DNA from: Balanoglossus misakiensis
Taxonomy: Eukaryota > Animalia > Hemichordata
DNA length: 64,000 nucleotides
Assembly: GCA_040954595.2 (NCBI GenBank)
Contig: CM082584.2
Coordinates: 4,716,110 to 4,780,109 of the forward strand
Direction: 5' to 3'
Positions within the stretch are counted from its first letter, which is position 1. Each line of letters starts with the position of its first letter. This document shows positions 1 through 13,944 of this stretch, piece by piece. The notes beneath the pieces are model-generated. The model worked only from the letters and a program-made list of their open reading frames with translations. It did not search any database and was not told the origin of the DNA. Both the position numbers and the translations under genes were made by a program.

Positions 1-116
1 AAGGGTGATGTTACATCAATGATTGGGTTATTTAAACCTGAGTGTACCACCACTGGAGTGTTGACTTTGACCTGAAATACATAATAATAAAGGCTGTTAC
101 TGTAACAGTAAAATTA

Positions 117-313
117 CTGTAAAACGGGTTATTTTCACGACAGGAAATTTTCACAATATTAAAAGGGCCAACTGCTACGTGAGGATCAATTTTCACGTTC
201 TCGAATTCGTTATCTCCGAAAAAACATTTTATGAAACTTTTTATTTTCAGTTTTTTTTGGCTCTCACGTATTTCGCGAAAATGTATTGCTCGCGGAAATA
301 ACCCGTTTTACAG
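117..313. mobile_element. Non-autonomous TIR element (MITE), TA-flanked, Tc1/mariner-pogo type
   Basis: TA|CTGTAAAACGGGTTATTT ... AAATAACCCGTTTTACAG|TA terminal inverted repeats; a fragment of its interior recurs near 10590-10645. Confidence 0.75.
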
Positions 314-548
314 TATCTGTCGTGAAAATGTGATCTCAATTTTGGCCTTGGTTGCACTCCATACACAGCTGGTCATCCATGGACCATAATTGTCTAGATT
401 CCCCCAGACTCCTTGCTGGCAGAAGTTTTCAACACAGTAGAGGTCTGAGATGAGGGACTATGGTTTGAGTAATCAGCATTTGTCTTTAGTAGCAGTTGTG
501 GAAGATGACCTACAGGTGCATGACCTTTGACCTCTCTCTGCATTCCAG

Positions 549-3500
549 GTCATTGTTTGCAAGTATCACAGTGTATTTCTGACTCATGATGGTAAAGTGT
601 ACACTTGTGGTCATGGTCAAGGTGGCCGACTTGGACACGGAAATGAACAGACCTATCTGACACCTCACGTCGTGCAAGCGTTAGCTGATATGAAATGTGA
701 ACAGATAACAGCTGCTAGAGATCATACTGTCATATTGACTGAAGGGTAAGATGCCTTTCAAGCATTTTTTGCTTCACTCATATTCTCCTTTAGACTGTAG
801 AACTGTGATGGGGATAATAATCCAAATATACTGTGTTTACCATTTATTCATTTTGGCGAGATTTTCACTCTCATTTCCTACAAATGGGATGGAAGTTGTG
901 TGTGGTCGAATGTTGATTCAGTATATATCCACATGTAGAATAACATAAATAGTGTATCGTATCAAACATAAATAATGGAAAAAGGGCAACGAGAGATAAA
1001 CTTTGTCCCTTTAAGCATGGAATATATCAGTATGCAGAAGGCAGGAACCTGTACAAGTAGTAATACCTGCTTCATTTGTGGTAGCATTTTGCAACTTGTA
1101 ATAATATCTGCTAGTATTTAGCAGGGTTTTCTATGAACCATCAATAAAACAATATAATATTTATTATGTTACTCTGTATTACAAATAACAATTGTCGTTA
1201 TAGAATACCATACTTTTATAAAGTTATCCATTTCACTCTGATTCCAACAGAGGCGTTGTGTATTCCTGTGGATTCAACTCATGCCATCAACTCGGACAGT
1301 CTCCCCTTGGATTCAAATGTGTTACTCCAAAACCGATCCTCACCAAGCTTTTGAAAGGCAAAGTCATAACGGGCATCAAAGCATGTAGATTCCATACGGT
1401 TCTTTTCTCTGGGGATTCAGTTTTCACATTTGGACTGAACGCAGGACAGTTAGGTAAGTCTACTCTAAACAGTTTTTACCTCAGTGTATTCACACACATG
1501 GGGTAATGTCCTACTGATGTATATGTGTGTGTGTGTTTATTGACTTCTAGGAGGTAGTGAATGTGTTTCCATTTAGTAAAAGATAACATGTTGATGTTGT
1601 GAATAGGCAGGGGAAGTCTGCTCCAATGCATACTACCACCAGCACAGTATATGGTGGACAACTGGTAGCTGTCTGATATTAGATGGTTTATACAATGTAT
1701 ATTGGTAGAGCCTGGAATGTATTTGCTTGAAACTGTTGTTTTGAGACAAGCTGTAGTAACAAATGTAGAATTACTGTCAAACACGTCGGTAAGGCCAACA
1801 ATACAATGAGGTGACTATTGACTATATTCATTTTCTAGTCACATAATTAGCTCTGAGACTTTTAATTGTACTAGTCGGGAATTCCAAATTTCTCATCGTA
1901 GAAAACATCTTGTACACCTTGTGATCAGAAGTTTTTCAACTGAAGATATTTTGTATACAATAGGTTTCCCAGCTGGTGAGAAGTACGTCTCCTATCCTAA
2001 GAGAGTCTCTGCATTGAATCATAAAGATGTTGTGATATCAGCTTTATCTGCAAGTGCTGCAGCCACTGTGTGTGCTACTGTCAAAGGCGATATTTATGTT
2101 CTACATGAATATCAATGCAGGAAAATAGCGTCCAGGTAAGTCTCATCATGACTTAAGGAGGTCACCTTGTCTCAAAATGTTTTACAGTGGTTAGTTCACA
2201 TTAGCACTGTGGTACACAGATTTTGAGCATTTTGTGAGCCTACACTCTTAACCTTACATTGTCTGTCATTGATATATTAAAGGTATACGGTCACCAATGG
2301 AAATATAGCTACAGTTACCATGGCAAATTGAGATCTAGCCAATCACAGATTTTCAGTGGGTGGCACATGCGAAAAAAAGAGCGCCACCATACGTTCTTTA
2401 GAACACTCAAAATACGCCATTTCTGACATATGGGCATATGTAAATTGGAGGTGACCGTGTACCTCTAATGTTATTAGTCTACCTTTGACTTTGGACCTTT
2501 CCGAGCATGTGCAGAGATTTCTGGCATGGATAATTATGCAGTTCTATGTCAAGTGTGTGTTTTTGAGTGAATGTTCACAAGTACTGTTGTATGCAGAAAA
2601 CTTTATCAATAAACAAAAAAATAAATGAATAAATATGCAAAGAGTTGTTTATTGACTTTTGAATGTACATGTACATTCAAATTCACCTTTTTGAATACTG
2701 ATATTATTCACAACATTGAAGGATGTGTAGACTTTTACTACAAATTATTGATATTAAATTTTGATGAATCGTTGTTTAATGTGACAGACAGCTGAACTTG
2801 ATCAAGTTAGATGTGCATGGTGGTAGTTTGGACTCAGATGCTGCTAAGGATCTCCTGCAAAGAGAAAGACATAATGAACTGACTGTCGTAGCATTGCATT
2901 CATCAGGAAAGGTGAGCTCACATTATAGCATTGGATGAAGAACATAATTTCACAAAGTAAAAATAACTTAGTAACATACCAAGTGCATACAGAAAACTAA
3001 AATTATATTATATCATGCTATCATGATTTGACGAGAACTCAATCTGGTGATGTTAAAATGCTCAATACAGCACTGTTAAATCTACTATCAACACTACATG
3101 TTGCAAGTTTTACTTCTATAGGTGTATTGCTGGCGGCCATCTTATCGTGGAGTCAAGAAATTTGGTTGGAGCATCACTAGGCAGATCTTCATGTCAGATA
3201 TTGCCCTCAGCAAACACAATGTAGTATTTGTAACCAATGATGGTGAAGGCTTTATTGGCAACTTCAGCGGGAAATCTCAAACAGTCGAAAAAGCAAAGGT
3301 GTCACCAAGAGGTATGATCCCTTTTACGTGTCATTTATTCTTTCTATATGGTTTGCTGGGGTATGGGTAGCTGGGGCCTTAGCTGTGTTGTTACATGTGT
3401 GATTGAGCGTGAGTGCAATGATGTGTAGACACAATTGAAAAACCACACCTGCATGTGTCCCTGCTTATTCAAGGTCATGTATGCCAGTGAGGCAGATATT

Positions 3501-3681
3501 TGTAAAAGAAAGTACATGTAGGTGGTTAGTTGTTCGAAGAGGGAAGGTGTGGGAGGGCGATCCCCTTTCCACCTAGGATGATCTCTCTGAGCGAATAGAA
3601 TACACTGTCAACTCGTGTGTCGTGTGCATATTATGCACACTTATTATGCGTACATGGCTATAAAGCAAATCTTGCTTTATA

Positions 3682-3728
<47 letters not shown>

Positions 3729-6700
3729 ATTTACATCTCATCATTGTCCACCTCTTCCCAAACACTTGACTTCCTCATCCTAAAATAGCAGATTACAGTG
3801 TCAGTGTTGATGCCATTTTGTTGATTCTCCTGTTATCGTTATCGAACACCTGACTAAAGCATTGACTTTTGTTTCTGATAACAGAGAGTGGTAGTATGCC
3901 CAGAGTTTCATCTGTGGAGGCATTCACTCTATCAGCTGAGCTGGAACAACTTGAGAAAGAGGAGACTGAGTTAATTCATTTACATCGTCTGCCCTACATC
4001 CATAGAGCTGTTCAGTGTGCCGTCGACCCTGCAGGGTTAAACTTTGCGATATTACAGTCGGATCCAAAAACAAGGTTGGTTTTGTTTTTTTCATCAGTCT
4101 CGGTATGTTGTGAAGTGGGTAAAATTTCCTATGATTCAATATACTGGTACATACAAAGGTCAAGCCTTAAGGAGACATTTTATACCGTAGGATATAAATT
4201 GCTAAGCAATGGTTGCCAGGATAATTTTCAAAATTAATCAAGTTTTCATGAATTTCTTTGCATTAGAAAGAATACAGAACCATACATATTGAAAGAGCCA
4301 CATATGTCTCTCCTTGAGCCCTCGTCTGTACAGAGCTGTATTTTGTGAATAACCATATTCTGGAAGTATGGATGGCCACTTACAAACAGCTCATGTGCAA
4401 TAACTAACATGTTTGTAACATATTTCTTCACAGTACCATTTCTGATTTCATTCCACAATGACTTCCTCTAACTTTTGTCCAAATATGTTGATGAGATAAG
4501 GTCATTAACAGTGACATGTGATGATGTCTGTCTCAGTTTGGTAGATGTTCCAAGTGTTGGCAGTGCAGAAATCAGTGTTCACTTGAAGATATTGTTGGAC
4601 TCAACAGACTGTATGGATAACATCCATGATATCATCTTCAAAGTAAGCAAACCCATTTAATTACTATAATGTATGTATTATTCTCTGTAGTTTGTAATTA
4701 ATCTAAAACCATTGCTTTCTATTATATGCAATCCAAAGAATAGATGAGATCAAATGATATTAACCTCATTGTGTAATAGATGTGATGTGTTTTGCTTCCA
4801 GGTGAAGGATCAGGCCATTCCAGCTCACAAATATATTTTGGCAAGCCGCAGTGATTACTTCCGGAGGCTCTTCACTCACCAGAAAGTCGAGCAGGAGGGA
4901 GTGGACATCAAATTTGATTGTGCGTCCGGTCGAGATGTGCAAGTTATTGACATCGAGAAGATTGATGTCCAGACATTTACAATGCTGTTGCAGTACATCT
5001 ACAGCGAAGACTGTGATGTTCTCAATCCGGGATACAAGTGTGTTCCCACATCCACGTCGGGAACAGACTGGAAGAAGGAAGGATGTTCCTTGAATCTGGA
5101 AGCAGAATTATCCGAACTGAGCAGAGAGTTTGAGACAAAGAAGTCAGCCTATCAAGTATTCACGGAGCAGAAGAAGAAGAAAATTCAAAATGAAAACAAG
5201 AAATCTGGAAAGAAAAAGCAATCCGTTAAGAGTAAGGAGGGTGAAGACACATGCAGTCCCATTCGTGTTGTACAAGATGCTGCAAAGAGATATGGAATAA
5301 ATACTCTAGTGAAAAGGTAGGCAATATAGCAAGCAGTGCTCCTATGTTTGACTCCCATTTATTTGGGGGCTTAGCTGAAGTAAAATTAATTCACCACTTT
5401 GGGTCAGACTTGATGGTATTTTGATTAAAATCAGATGTAGCGTACAGTGACTTCTTTTACTTCGCAGTACAGTATTCTTATGCTGTCGCCTCACACTACA
5501 TCTGACCAACATAGAAACTCGCGTTCAAATTCACCTTTTTTTGCGGCAAGTCAACCAACCAGATGGCACCTTATAGAGAACAATAGGTATCCTCCAGTGT
5601 TATCAGTGTAACATGCAATCTGATTGGCCGGGTCAGAATGCATGTTTTGAGCAAGAACCTACAATAGATACACAAAACAGAAATAATGAAAATGTAGCAA
5701 CATGTTACAGCTAATGGAGTTTTTAAAAAAAGAGAAGATGTAATCACCTAAATGTATTTTTGACCATTTAGACTTGAAGGCACCAAAATTAGAGATGGCG
5801 AAATAACTTGGGTCCAGAAGTCCAACAAGAAGGTTCGATTTGACCGCAACAAGTTGTCTTCCCTTTGTGATATTACCCTTGAAAGTACTGATGGTGTGCA
5901 CATTCAGTGCCACAAATGTATCTTGGTTGCCAGATTGGAGTATTTTCAAAGTATGCTTGCAAGTGGCTGGATTGAGGTAAGAGATTGTTGATTGCTACAA
6001 CCTGGTGTAGTAAAACCTGTCTAAACCGAACTCCAAAGGGACTGAAGAAATTGTTCAGTTTGCAGAGGTATTTTAACATGTGGTTCTATGTGGAATGGAC
6101 TGGAAAATGTTTTTGGTATAGACAGGGTCCGGTTTAGACAGGTTTTACTGTGTATATGTATTGTTGATGAAGAAAGCTATTTCTGAACACGCATTTGGTG
6201 TTCCTGTTTGTCATATGTGAAACAATTATAGTCAGTCTGCACGTGTATGATTTTATAAAGGGCCCTTTTATTCGATCGAGAGACATTTTACAGTTTGAAA
6301 CACATGATCTGTGAGTGTCAAATCCCTTTCTAAAAGTCAGTATTTTGTTCAAAACAGAAGTTTACATAAAAAGTGATTTTGTTTTGTATTATCTTTGAGT
6401 GTCTTTTATCATTGACAGTGCCTGAAAAGTAGACTGTAAAAGATTAATGTTTATTTCCCATGGGAGTAATTTATCAGAGCCAATGCTGAGGCAAATTGTA
6501 ATTGTTTAACCACATATCAAAACATTGTCATATTTCTCAAATTCCAAGGGTGCATATTTTTCCTGCAGACTTCAACCAACACGCCACTGAAGTTACCATT
6601 CCCCGGTGATATTCTGAGTGTGATATTGGACTACTTATACACTGACGAGTCAACAGTCATTCAGAATTGTCAGAATGTGGAGTTTGTGTGCAAGGTACTG

Positions 6701-9700
6701 ATTATTGCAGATCAACTCCTCAGTGCCCGACTCAAAGACTTCTGTCAAGTAACGCTGACGGATCTCAGTAAGTCGTGCTTTCTGTTCATACCTGTCAAAA
6801 CTCTGCTGTTTTGTGCAATTCGATTAGTCTCGGTTACCCAGACCCCCCTGCTTCTTCCGTTGGGCACTCCAGAAAGAGGGTCTGGGGAAACCCCATAGAC
6901 AAATCTCCGGGCAAAGATGGCCGATTTTAGACAAAAGCGATGCATGATGGTTGCAGCCTCAAACATGAAAAATACATGCTGAGAAATGCTGGACCTGCGA
7001 AAACTGTCTACAAATTGAAGAGAGGGAGAGAAGTTTGGTAAATAGTTTTATAATATCGTCATATAATATCAAATGTTATAAATGTCAACCATCATGCATC
7101 GCTTTTGTCTCAAGTCGGCCATCTTTGCCCAGAGATTTGTCTATGGTATTTCCCCAGACCCTCTTAGCTGCCATTTTTGTATTATTTTCATGATCATTTT
7201 ACTTTTGAAGATGGATTGATCCACCTAAGATGGGGCTCTGGTATCTTTATTGGCCTTTTATAGGGCAGTACACTCTGTTTTGAATGAAACCGCTATGAAT
7301 ATCTGATCAGGGACTTGGCACTAGTTAGAAAAAGAAGATGAGCACATCCCCTGTCTGAGTATGGCTTTGTAACACCACCTCCAACTCGGCCTTAGGACAC
7401 TGCACCCACACGAGTACAGGCTATTAGCATCTGTCAGCGTTAGCGTCCTGTATAAACCACAGTAACTCGATTGAATGTATCTTTCACATGATATACTGAT
7501 ACTAATAGCAAGTTGGATAATCTGTATGTCTTTTCAGTCACTCTACGAAATGTTGCAGAGCTCTTAGAGTTTGCATCCATCTACAATGCAGATCAACTGA
7601 AGAAAACCTGCATCCAGTTCATCAATTTGAACCTTGCTTCACTTTTAGACATGAGGTATGCATTGCGTTACTAGTATTTAATTTAATAATCCCCGATGAA
7701 GGAGCAGAAGGCCAGAGCATGTGTGTGCATGTCAATTTGTCCAGACGTCCAATCACTAAATCATTTTACAAAGTGTTTTAGTCCTTTGCACCTAAGATTC
7801 AATGGAATTTAATAAAGTGCTCATTCTGCATGTGCCATAAGTACACAGATAGTTGCTTTGGGTTGTAGGCTGAGCGATCTGATAACTTGAAATTCTGACT
7901 GTCAAATTTGCTACAGAGCACTTGAGGTACTTGATGAAGATATCCTTATGGAACTATCAACAATATACAGAGAAATGGTAAGTACTTAAATACATGCAGA
8001 TCGTCAGTATGATAATGGTTGAGTACTATACCCCACTCTCAATAGTTCTGTACTGTTTATAATGTCTTTTAATTCATTTGTTTATTTGTCGTATTCACCC
8101 TCCAAATATTTTCAATTGGTATACTTAAATTATGTGATCGTATTTTGACTTGTTGCTGAGAAAGTCATCAAAATGCCCACATAACTTTGATTCAATGCAA
8201 TATCAGTCAAACTTAATGCAATAACCCTGTAATGTAGACATGTAATTAATGAATAGCAACATTTTAATTGACTGTTTTATTTCAAGATTCCAGCAATGTC
8301 AAGAAGGATGATAACACCGTACTCCATCACATCTGATGCTGTTCCCATGGTAACAGATGAAGATATTGATAGTCCAGTTTCCATAGGAACAGAGAAGGGT
8401 GATTTTAAGTATGAAGTGATATCTCCAGATCAAAGAGTTAAGAAATCCAAGGCTAAAAAAAGATCAAGAAAGAGAACCATCAGTACTGGAAAGGAGCAAG
8501 TAACATCAGCATCATCTGTTGTCATAGAGACAGAAGAAGAGACAGTTAACAGTGTTCGCTCTGCTAGACCAAACTGTTATGAGGTAAAATTGATATTAGG
8601 ATTTTAAAACTTGCAATACAGAGATTATTGAGGTACATAATAAGACACAGTTTTCAGGAATGTAACCCACATCTGGTGGTACTTTTAATTGACTAAAACT
8701 TGATAATTGGATGTATATATGTTTACTGTTTCAGGCAATTGAAGAATGTGTCAGTGAAATGAAATCTTCATCTGTGACTGGCGAACCAACAAAGTCAGAT
8801 ATATCATTGACAACTGAGTCGGGTGTACAGAGGTACTGCAATAGACTCCATAAAGATAGTTAGACATCAACATTGATATCGATTAGATTTTAGTCATTTT
8901 GAACAGCTCAGAACGTATGGAGAATTGATCCATTTATGATGGTGATATTTAAGTGTCCTCCCCTCAGAATTTCATATCAGTACAATCTGTTCAAAATTTC
9001 TCCTGTCTCCAGTACAGTATAGACACTTTTGCCCTGTATGCTTTTGAACTACTCATCATTTGGAGGCTACATTTAAAGTGAAAGGGTCGTCGCGCTGTGT
9101 TTGTTTGTTGATAATTTACATAAGCATTCATCCACAAATCCCTGAAATTAGATCAATCTTAGAATGAACGAAGCAGCCAACCGTAGCGTAGACTGGGTGC
9201 ATGACAGCAACTGAAAATCCTAGTAGGTCGTGGTGACTGCAGTGAGGTTAGCGCTGGTATGAGAGGACATATCCTCATCAGGGGGGACACCCATGCGGCG
9301 CGACGACTGCTTCCCTTCAAAGCCACAATAATGCTCATATACAGGCTTTGTTGAGAAGCTAAATATTGAACATTTCGAAAAGCTACCCAGAGTAGAACAA
9401 GACACCAGATACATGAGAGAAAAATACTTAAAAGAAATACTGAAAAAAAAGTTTCAGTTACTGGGACTTTAAGTCAACATACATGAATACAAGTTTTCTC
9501 TTGCGTTTGTTTTGCAGTGCGGTAACCTCACAGTGCTCAAGTTCAACGAGAAATCTTCAATCCGAAGTGAGAGGTGATGTTCTCAACAAGTCAAGGGAAA
9601 AACCAGCAGTGAAAGCCAACATCACCCCCACGAAATTATCCCAGAAACAAAGAAAGAAACTGGCACGACAACAGTCCCAGCCACACACTGAAAATGCCCA

Positions 9701-12474
9701 GCCAGCTGCAGAGGTCGAGCAGAAAGTTAGAGAGGGAGACACTACTTCCAAAGCATCCACTAGCCCATGGTAAGCAGAATTTGAAGGCTTAACACTTGCA
9801 CCACCATGGTTCAGTTCAAACCCACTGTTTTCTATGGTAATGTTGGACCTCTAAAGAGGGAACTGGGGGTGTAAGGGTTATTGCCAAATCACTTTTTGTA
9901 CCTTTTTGCTATGTATTCAGTCTGTTTATTTTGTGTATCTACTGCAGTTTCTTGTTCAAATCCCTGAAACATGATGAAATGGGCAGTATGCAGCTTTCTT
10001 GTATAGAATCAGCATTGTTATTGTGCAAAAATTGTATTCTGGTCTGGACTAGAATTCATTTGTCAACAATAACAGTGGCCGTTACACACATACAGGCTAT
10101 GTTGACAAGCTGAACACTGGGTATTTTGGCATGCTGTTTAGACTAGAACAGGAAATTGCATTTTGGTACACATAACAAAAATAATGGAAACCAAGCCAAC
10201 AGATACAGCTAATGTCGCTTAGATATAAGTGATCACATTTGCACCGGTTCTGATCAAACAGGAGCACAGTCTTCTCATTGTTTATCTTTTCTGTGATTTC
10301 CTAGGGGAGCTGTGATCCAACCATCATCATCGACGTTATCATTCAGAGAAGTGATGGAAGATGAAGAGCAGAATGAGAAAACAGTGAACCGGAGAAGTTC
10401 CGCACCAATTGTCATAGCAACACCAGTGTCGACAGCGGAAAAAACATTCAGGTAAGATTGTTGCTGGTCAAAATATTTGTCCAAAACCACATTGCCATAT
10501 TGACGCCCTAATCACTGAAGATATTTCTTTTTTTCAACAAGAGCTTGTTTGGTTGAAATTATTGGTATCCAGGACCACTTTAGTTTTTAATTTTCGCGTT
10601 CTTGTATTTCACTAACTGAATCGTTATCTCCGAAAAACATTTTATGTTTGTTAGAGGGCACACTGAACACCAGTACTGCTCAGATGTGAGACTTTGTTAA
10701 ACTTGACTCGATGAATTCTACGTGTTGTTTTCTCTACCATGTCACAGTTGGGGTTTGTTGTCAAGAAACCGACAGTTATCAGAAGGAGACAAATCTGCCA
10801 CTTCATCACCACCATTGCAGAGTCCGACTGCAGAACCCATCAAGTATGTGATATACAGTCAATGTTCTGTGTCCCCATGCATGTCGTCTGAGGGACTTGT
10901 TAGAATGGGCAAAGTCTGTCTGGGTAATTGTCTGTCTGCAGTCGTAATACTGAGTGGCAAACAGTGACTATACTCATTTGTAATGATGGTATTAAAGGTA
11001 TACGGTCACCTATGGAAAATTAGCAATAGTTACCATGGAAAATTGAGATCTAGCCAATCACAGATTTTCAGTGGGTGGCACACGCGAAAAAAAAGAGCGC
11101 CACCATATGTTCTTTAGAACGCTCAAATACGCCATTTCAGCCATATATGGGCGTATGTAAATTGGAGGTGACTGTATACCTTTAATCTGTCTGATTTGCA
11201 GCATGTACAATATATTTTAAAGGGACAAACTTGCCAAAATGAATAATCAGTGTTTACCATTTATTCATTTTGGCGAGATTTTTACTCTCATATCTTACAA
11301 ACGGGACGGAAGTTGTGTGTGGTCGAACGTTGATTCACTATATATCCACATGTAGAATAACATAAACGCTGTCTTGTATGAAACATAATTAATGGAAAAG
11401 GGCAGCGAGAGAGAGACTTTGTCCCTTTAATCACATTTGATTAATCTGTGGTATTTTTCGTCCATGTTGCAACAGTCCATGGAAGCAGCCAACTAGTCCA
11501 ACCTCCCCCACATCAAGCACTCTCCGATTTGCTGAAATTATACAAGCCGAGGTCAAACAGACTGAAACTCTCGTCAAAAGTTTGAAGAAACCCTTCCATC
11601 TGATCCAGGTAAGATTGATCCTATAGAATTTAGATGCTAGGTCTTTTGTCACGTTTTAAAGTTGGATCACTGGTTTGAGCCTTTTATAAAACTGGACAGT
11701 TGAGATATGTAATGCATATGTTTCACGCAAGTTGATGTTGTCACGGATTCTGTGTCCCTGTGTGTGTCCTGTTTCAAGTGACTAAATTTATGAGATCATT
11801 TGGATGTGATGAGATCAATGTATATTATGAAGCATGATTGAATAGAAAAAAATCATGCTGAAAAAGCCAGTGGATTTTCTTGATGTTAAATCATGTGAAT
11901 CAGAAATTGATGGACAGCCAAGGTTTCTCAGCATGCTATGGTGCAAAAGTATGTATAGCTATAATTTTATTTGCAACTTTTTCTGGAAAAATTTATCTGC
12001 AATTATTAGAACAATTAAAGGATAGTCTCTCTCTGGCTGCCCTTTTTCCATTAATTATGTTTGATACAATCAGTGTTTACCGTTTATTCATTTTGGCGAG
12101 ATTTTTACTCTCATATCCTACAAACGGGATGGAAGTTGTGTGTGGTCGAACATTGATTCACTATATATCCACATGTAGAATAACATAAGCGATGTCTTGT
12201 GTCTTGTATCAAACAATTAATGGGAAAAGGGCAGCGAGAGAGGGACTTTGTCCCTTTAAGTTATTGGGCCAGCTATGATTGCAATATACATGACAACATG
12301 TACATATACAGTATTTGAACTCTGCACACCTCATTTTGTTTTTAGATTGAAGAGCGTGCGATGCAAGGCCTGTTGGCTCATTATCAAGCAGCTGACAATC
12401 CAGAAGAGTTTATCCATGTGGATCGAGTCAGTGCAACTATGGCAACACCTATTTGGAAAAAAGATACATCATAG
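549..12474 (+). CDS. IBTK: Inhibitor of Bruton tyrosine kinase (RCC1 repeats + two BTB domains), 5'-partial
   Basis: GT-AG exons joined in frame: 549-745, 1251-1453, 1964-2135, 2788-2911, 3122-3311, 3885-4074, 4537-4642, 4802-5316, 5772-5976, 6569-6767, 7538-7655, 7917-7977, 8287-8583, 8735-8832, 9518-9769, 10305-10451, 10748-10843, 11476-11608, 12346-12474 (TAG). Translation shows RCC1 repeats (VYTCGHGQGGRLGHG, FGLNAGQLG), BTB1 (IPAHKYILASRSDYF), BTB2 (IQCHKCILVARLEYFQSML) and a C-terminus (LIQIEERAMQGLLAHY...NPEEFI...PIWKK) matching vertebrate IBTK as recalled. The ankyrin-repeat exons lie upstream of the window. Confidence 0.95.
2281..2464. mobile_element. Kolobok-like MITE family B (AGGTATAC...GTATACCT)
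   Basis: TTAA|AGGTATACGGTCACC ... GGTGACCGTGTACCT; other copies at 10996-11181 (TTAA on both sides), ~13715-13873 and ~53780-53922. Confidence 0.7.
3681..3730. repeat. (TAAA)n microsatellite
   Basis: Direct reading. Confidence 0.95.
6008..6151. mobile_element. Short pogo/Tigger-like MITE
   Basis: Inverted termini AGTAAAACCTGTCTAAACC ... GGTTTAGACAGGTTTTACT in an IBTK intron. Confidence 0.6.
6825..7164. mobile_element. Palindromic TAGTCTCGGTTACCCAG-family element, right end truncated
   Basis: Same 5' terminus as the elements at 56026 and 56596; long internal inverted repeat (about 6876-6950 vs 7086-7164). Confidence 0.7.
10996..11181. mobile_element. Kolobok-like MITE family B
   Basis: TTAA|AGGTATACGGTCACC ... 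GGTGACTGTATACCT|TTAA. Confidence 0.75.
11221..11426. mobile_element. Kolobok-like MITE family A (AGGGACAAA...TTTGTCCCT)
   Basis: TTAA-flanked with AG...CT ends; related copies at ~830-1010, 12019-12255, ~14617-14870, ~18170-18201 and ~44739-44959. Confidence 0.75.
12019..12255. mobile_element. Kolobok-like MITE family A
   Basis: TTAA on both sides; near-identical core to 11221-11426. Confidence 0.7.
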
Positions 12475-13944
12475 TAATACAACATATTAGGGCATTATTT
12501 CAATGTATTGCAAGTACTGTACTATGAATCAATTTCCTGTCTTTGTGTTGAATTTTAATCAGAATGAACAATATACAATGTACATTATATTGGAAGATTT
12601 TGCAGTTGATATTTTCTTGATTTCTAAGGAACGAGATTGACAACAGAGGAGGGCATTATGTGAAATGTTATTGCAGATAAGACATTTATTGCCAGTACAT
12701 GTATAATAAACTCACTTGTACTAAAAGTCAAAGTTTATTCATTTTTTTCAAACATCCTGTAATTGGATATTGTTTTAACAGAGCTTGGAAGTCAGTTATG
12801 TTATAATAAATGATATAATGTAATATCTGAACTGGTATGTGTTGTATTCATTCAGGTTTTCCAAACCTGTTAATTGCGTCAGTATGATTGCCAGGTGGCC
12901 ATATTGTTGTCATTTTGTGAACAAGTACCCTAATTTCTCATGACGCGACAGATCTTATGGTGAGTCTGGGAATTGTGCTCTTATGTCATCATAAATGCCA
13001 CAGTTAAAGATGACATGAAACTCGTCTTCCAGTCAGGGTTATTGCAGAAAAAGACTTGTTTCTACATTCAAATGCTTTTTGACAGTTATGAGCTAGTACA
13101 GTGTTTCTCTTCTGATGGAATCAGCAACAATTGTCTTGGGTGTGTAACAAGTACAGATCGACAACAATGCAAAAATGCAAATCACCAGAAAAGACCTATC
13201 TCTACATCAAATTTTAATCAGTGTTTCTAATAACACCTATTCGTGTGGAACTTCGGTATACAGACATAATAAAATGACACTGCACTCATGAAATCAGTTG
13301 AATATGTTTGACTGGATCATATCATGACACGAATTGACATGCATATGTTAATTATACTACACTGCCCGTGCACCAAGTTTGAATGAGATCAGTTCAGGCA
13401 TGAAACAATTGTAACAAAGAAGTCACCTGGAAGGCATATTGGAATGTATCACAAAATACATTTGATGTACATCTTCGTACATATTCCTAGTGCTAAGTCT
13501 GAATGAAACTGAGTCAGGCATGTCCCCAGATGGACAGAGGACGATGCATTAGCCCAAACCACTGCCCCCATACCCCCAGAGTTGAGATTACTGCATGATT
13601 AATCTAGCCATTATAACTAGAATCTATGTAAATGTTCCAATTCCTTTTTGAATAAATTAATCTTGAGTTAATCATGATATGGACAAACCGACAGGTGTGG
13701 CATGAGATACACAGGTATGACATAATGAAAATTTAGTCACAGTTACCATGGCAAATTGAGATCTAGCCAATCACAGATTTTCAGTGGGTGGCACAATAAT
13801 GTTCTTTAGAACACTCAGATACACCATTTCAGCCATATATGGACGTATGTAAATTGCAGGTGACCATATACCTTTAAAACATCATGATATCAAAAAGCCA
13901 TATTCTATTGAAAGGAGACTAATTCCACAGGTAGCATCAATGAG

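Noticed and set aside
751-948. Similar short ORFs at 751 and 11880 (FILARF...PTNGMEVVCGR)
   Set aside because: Both read through copies of the same non-coding MITE family A.
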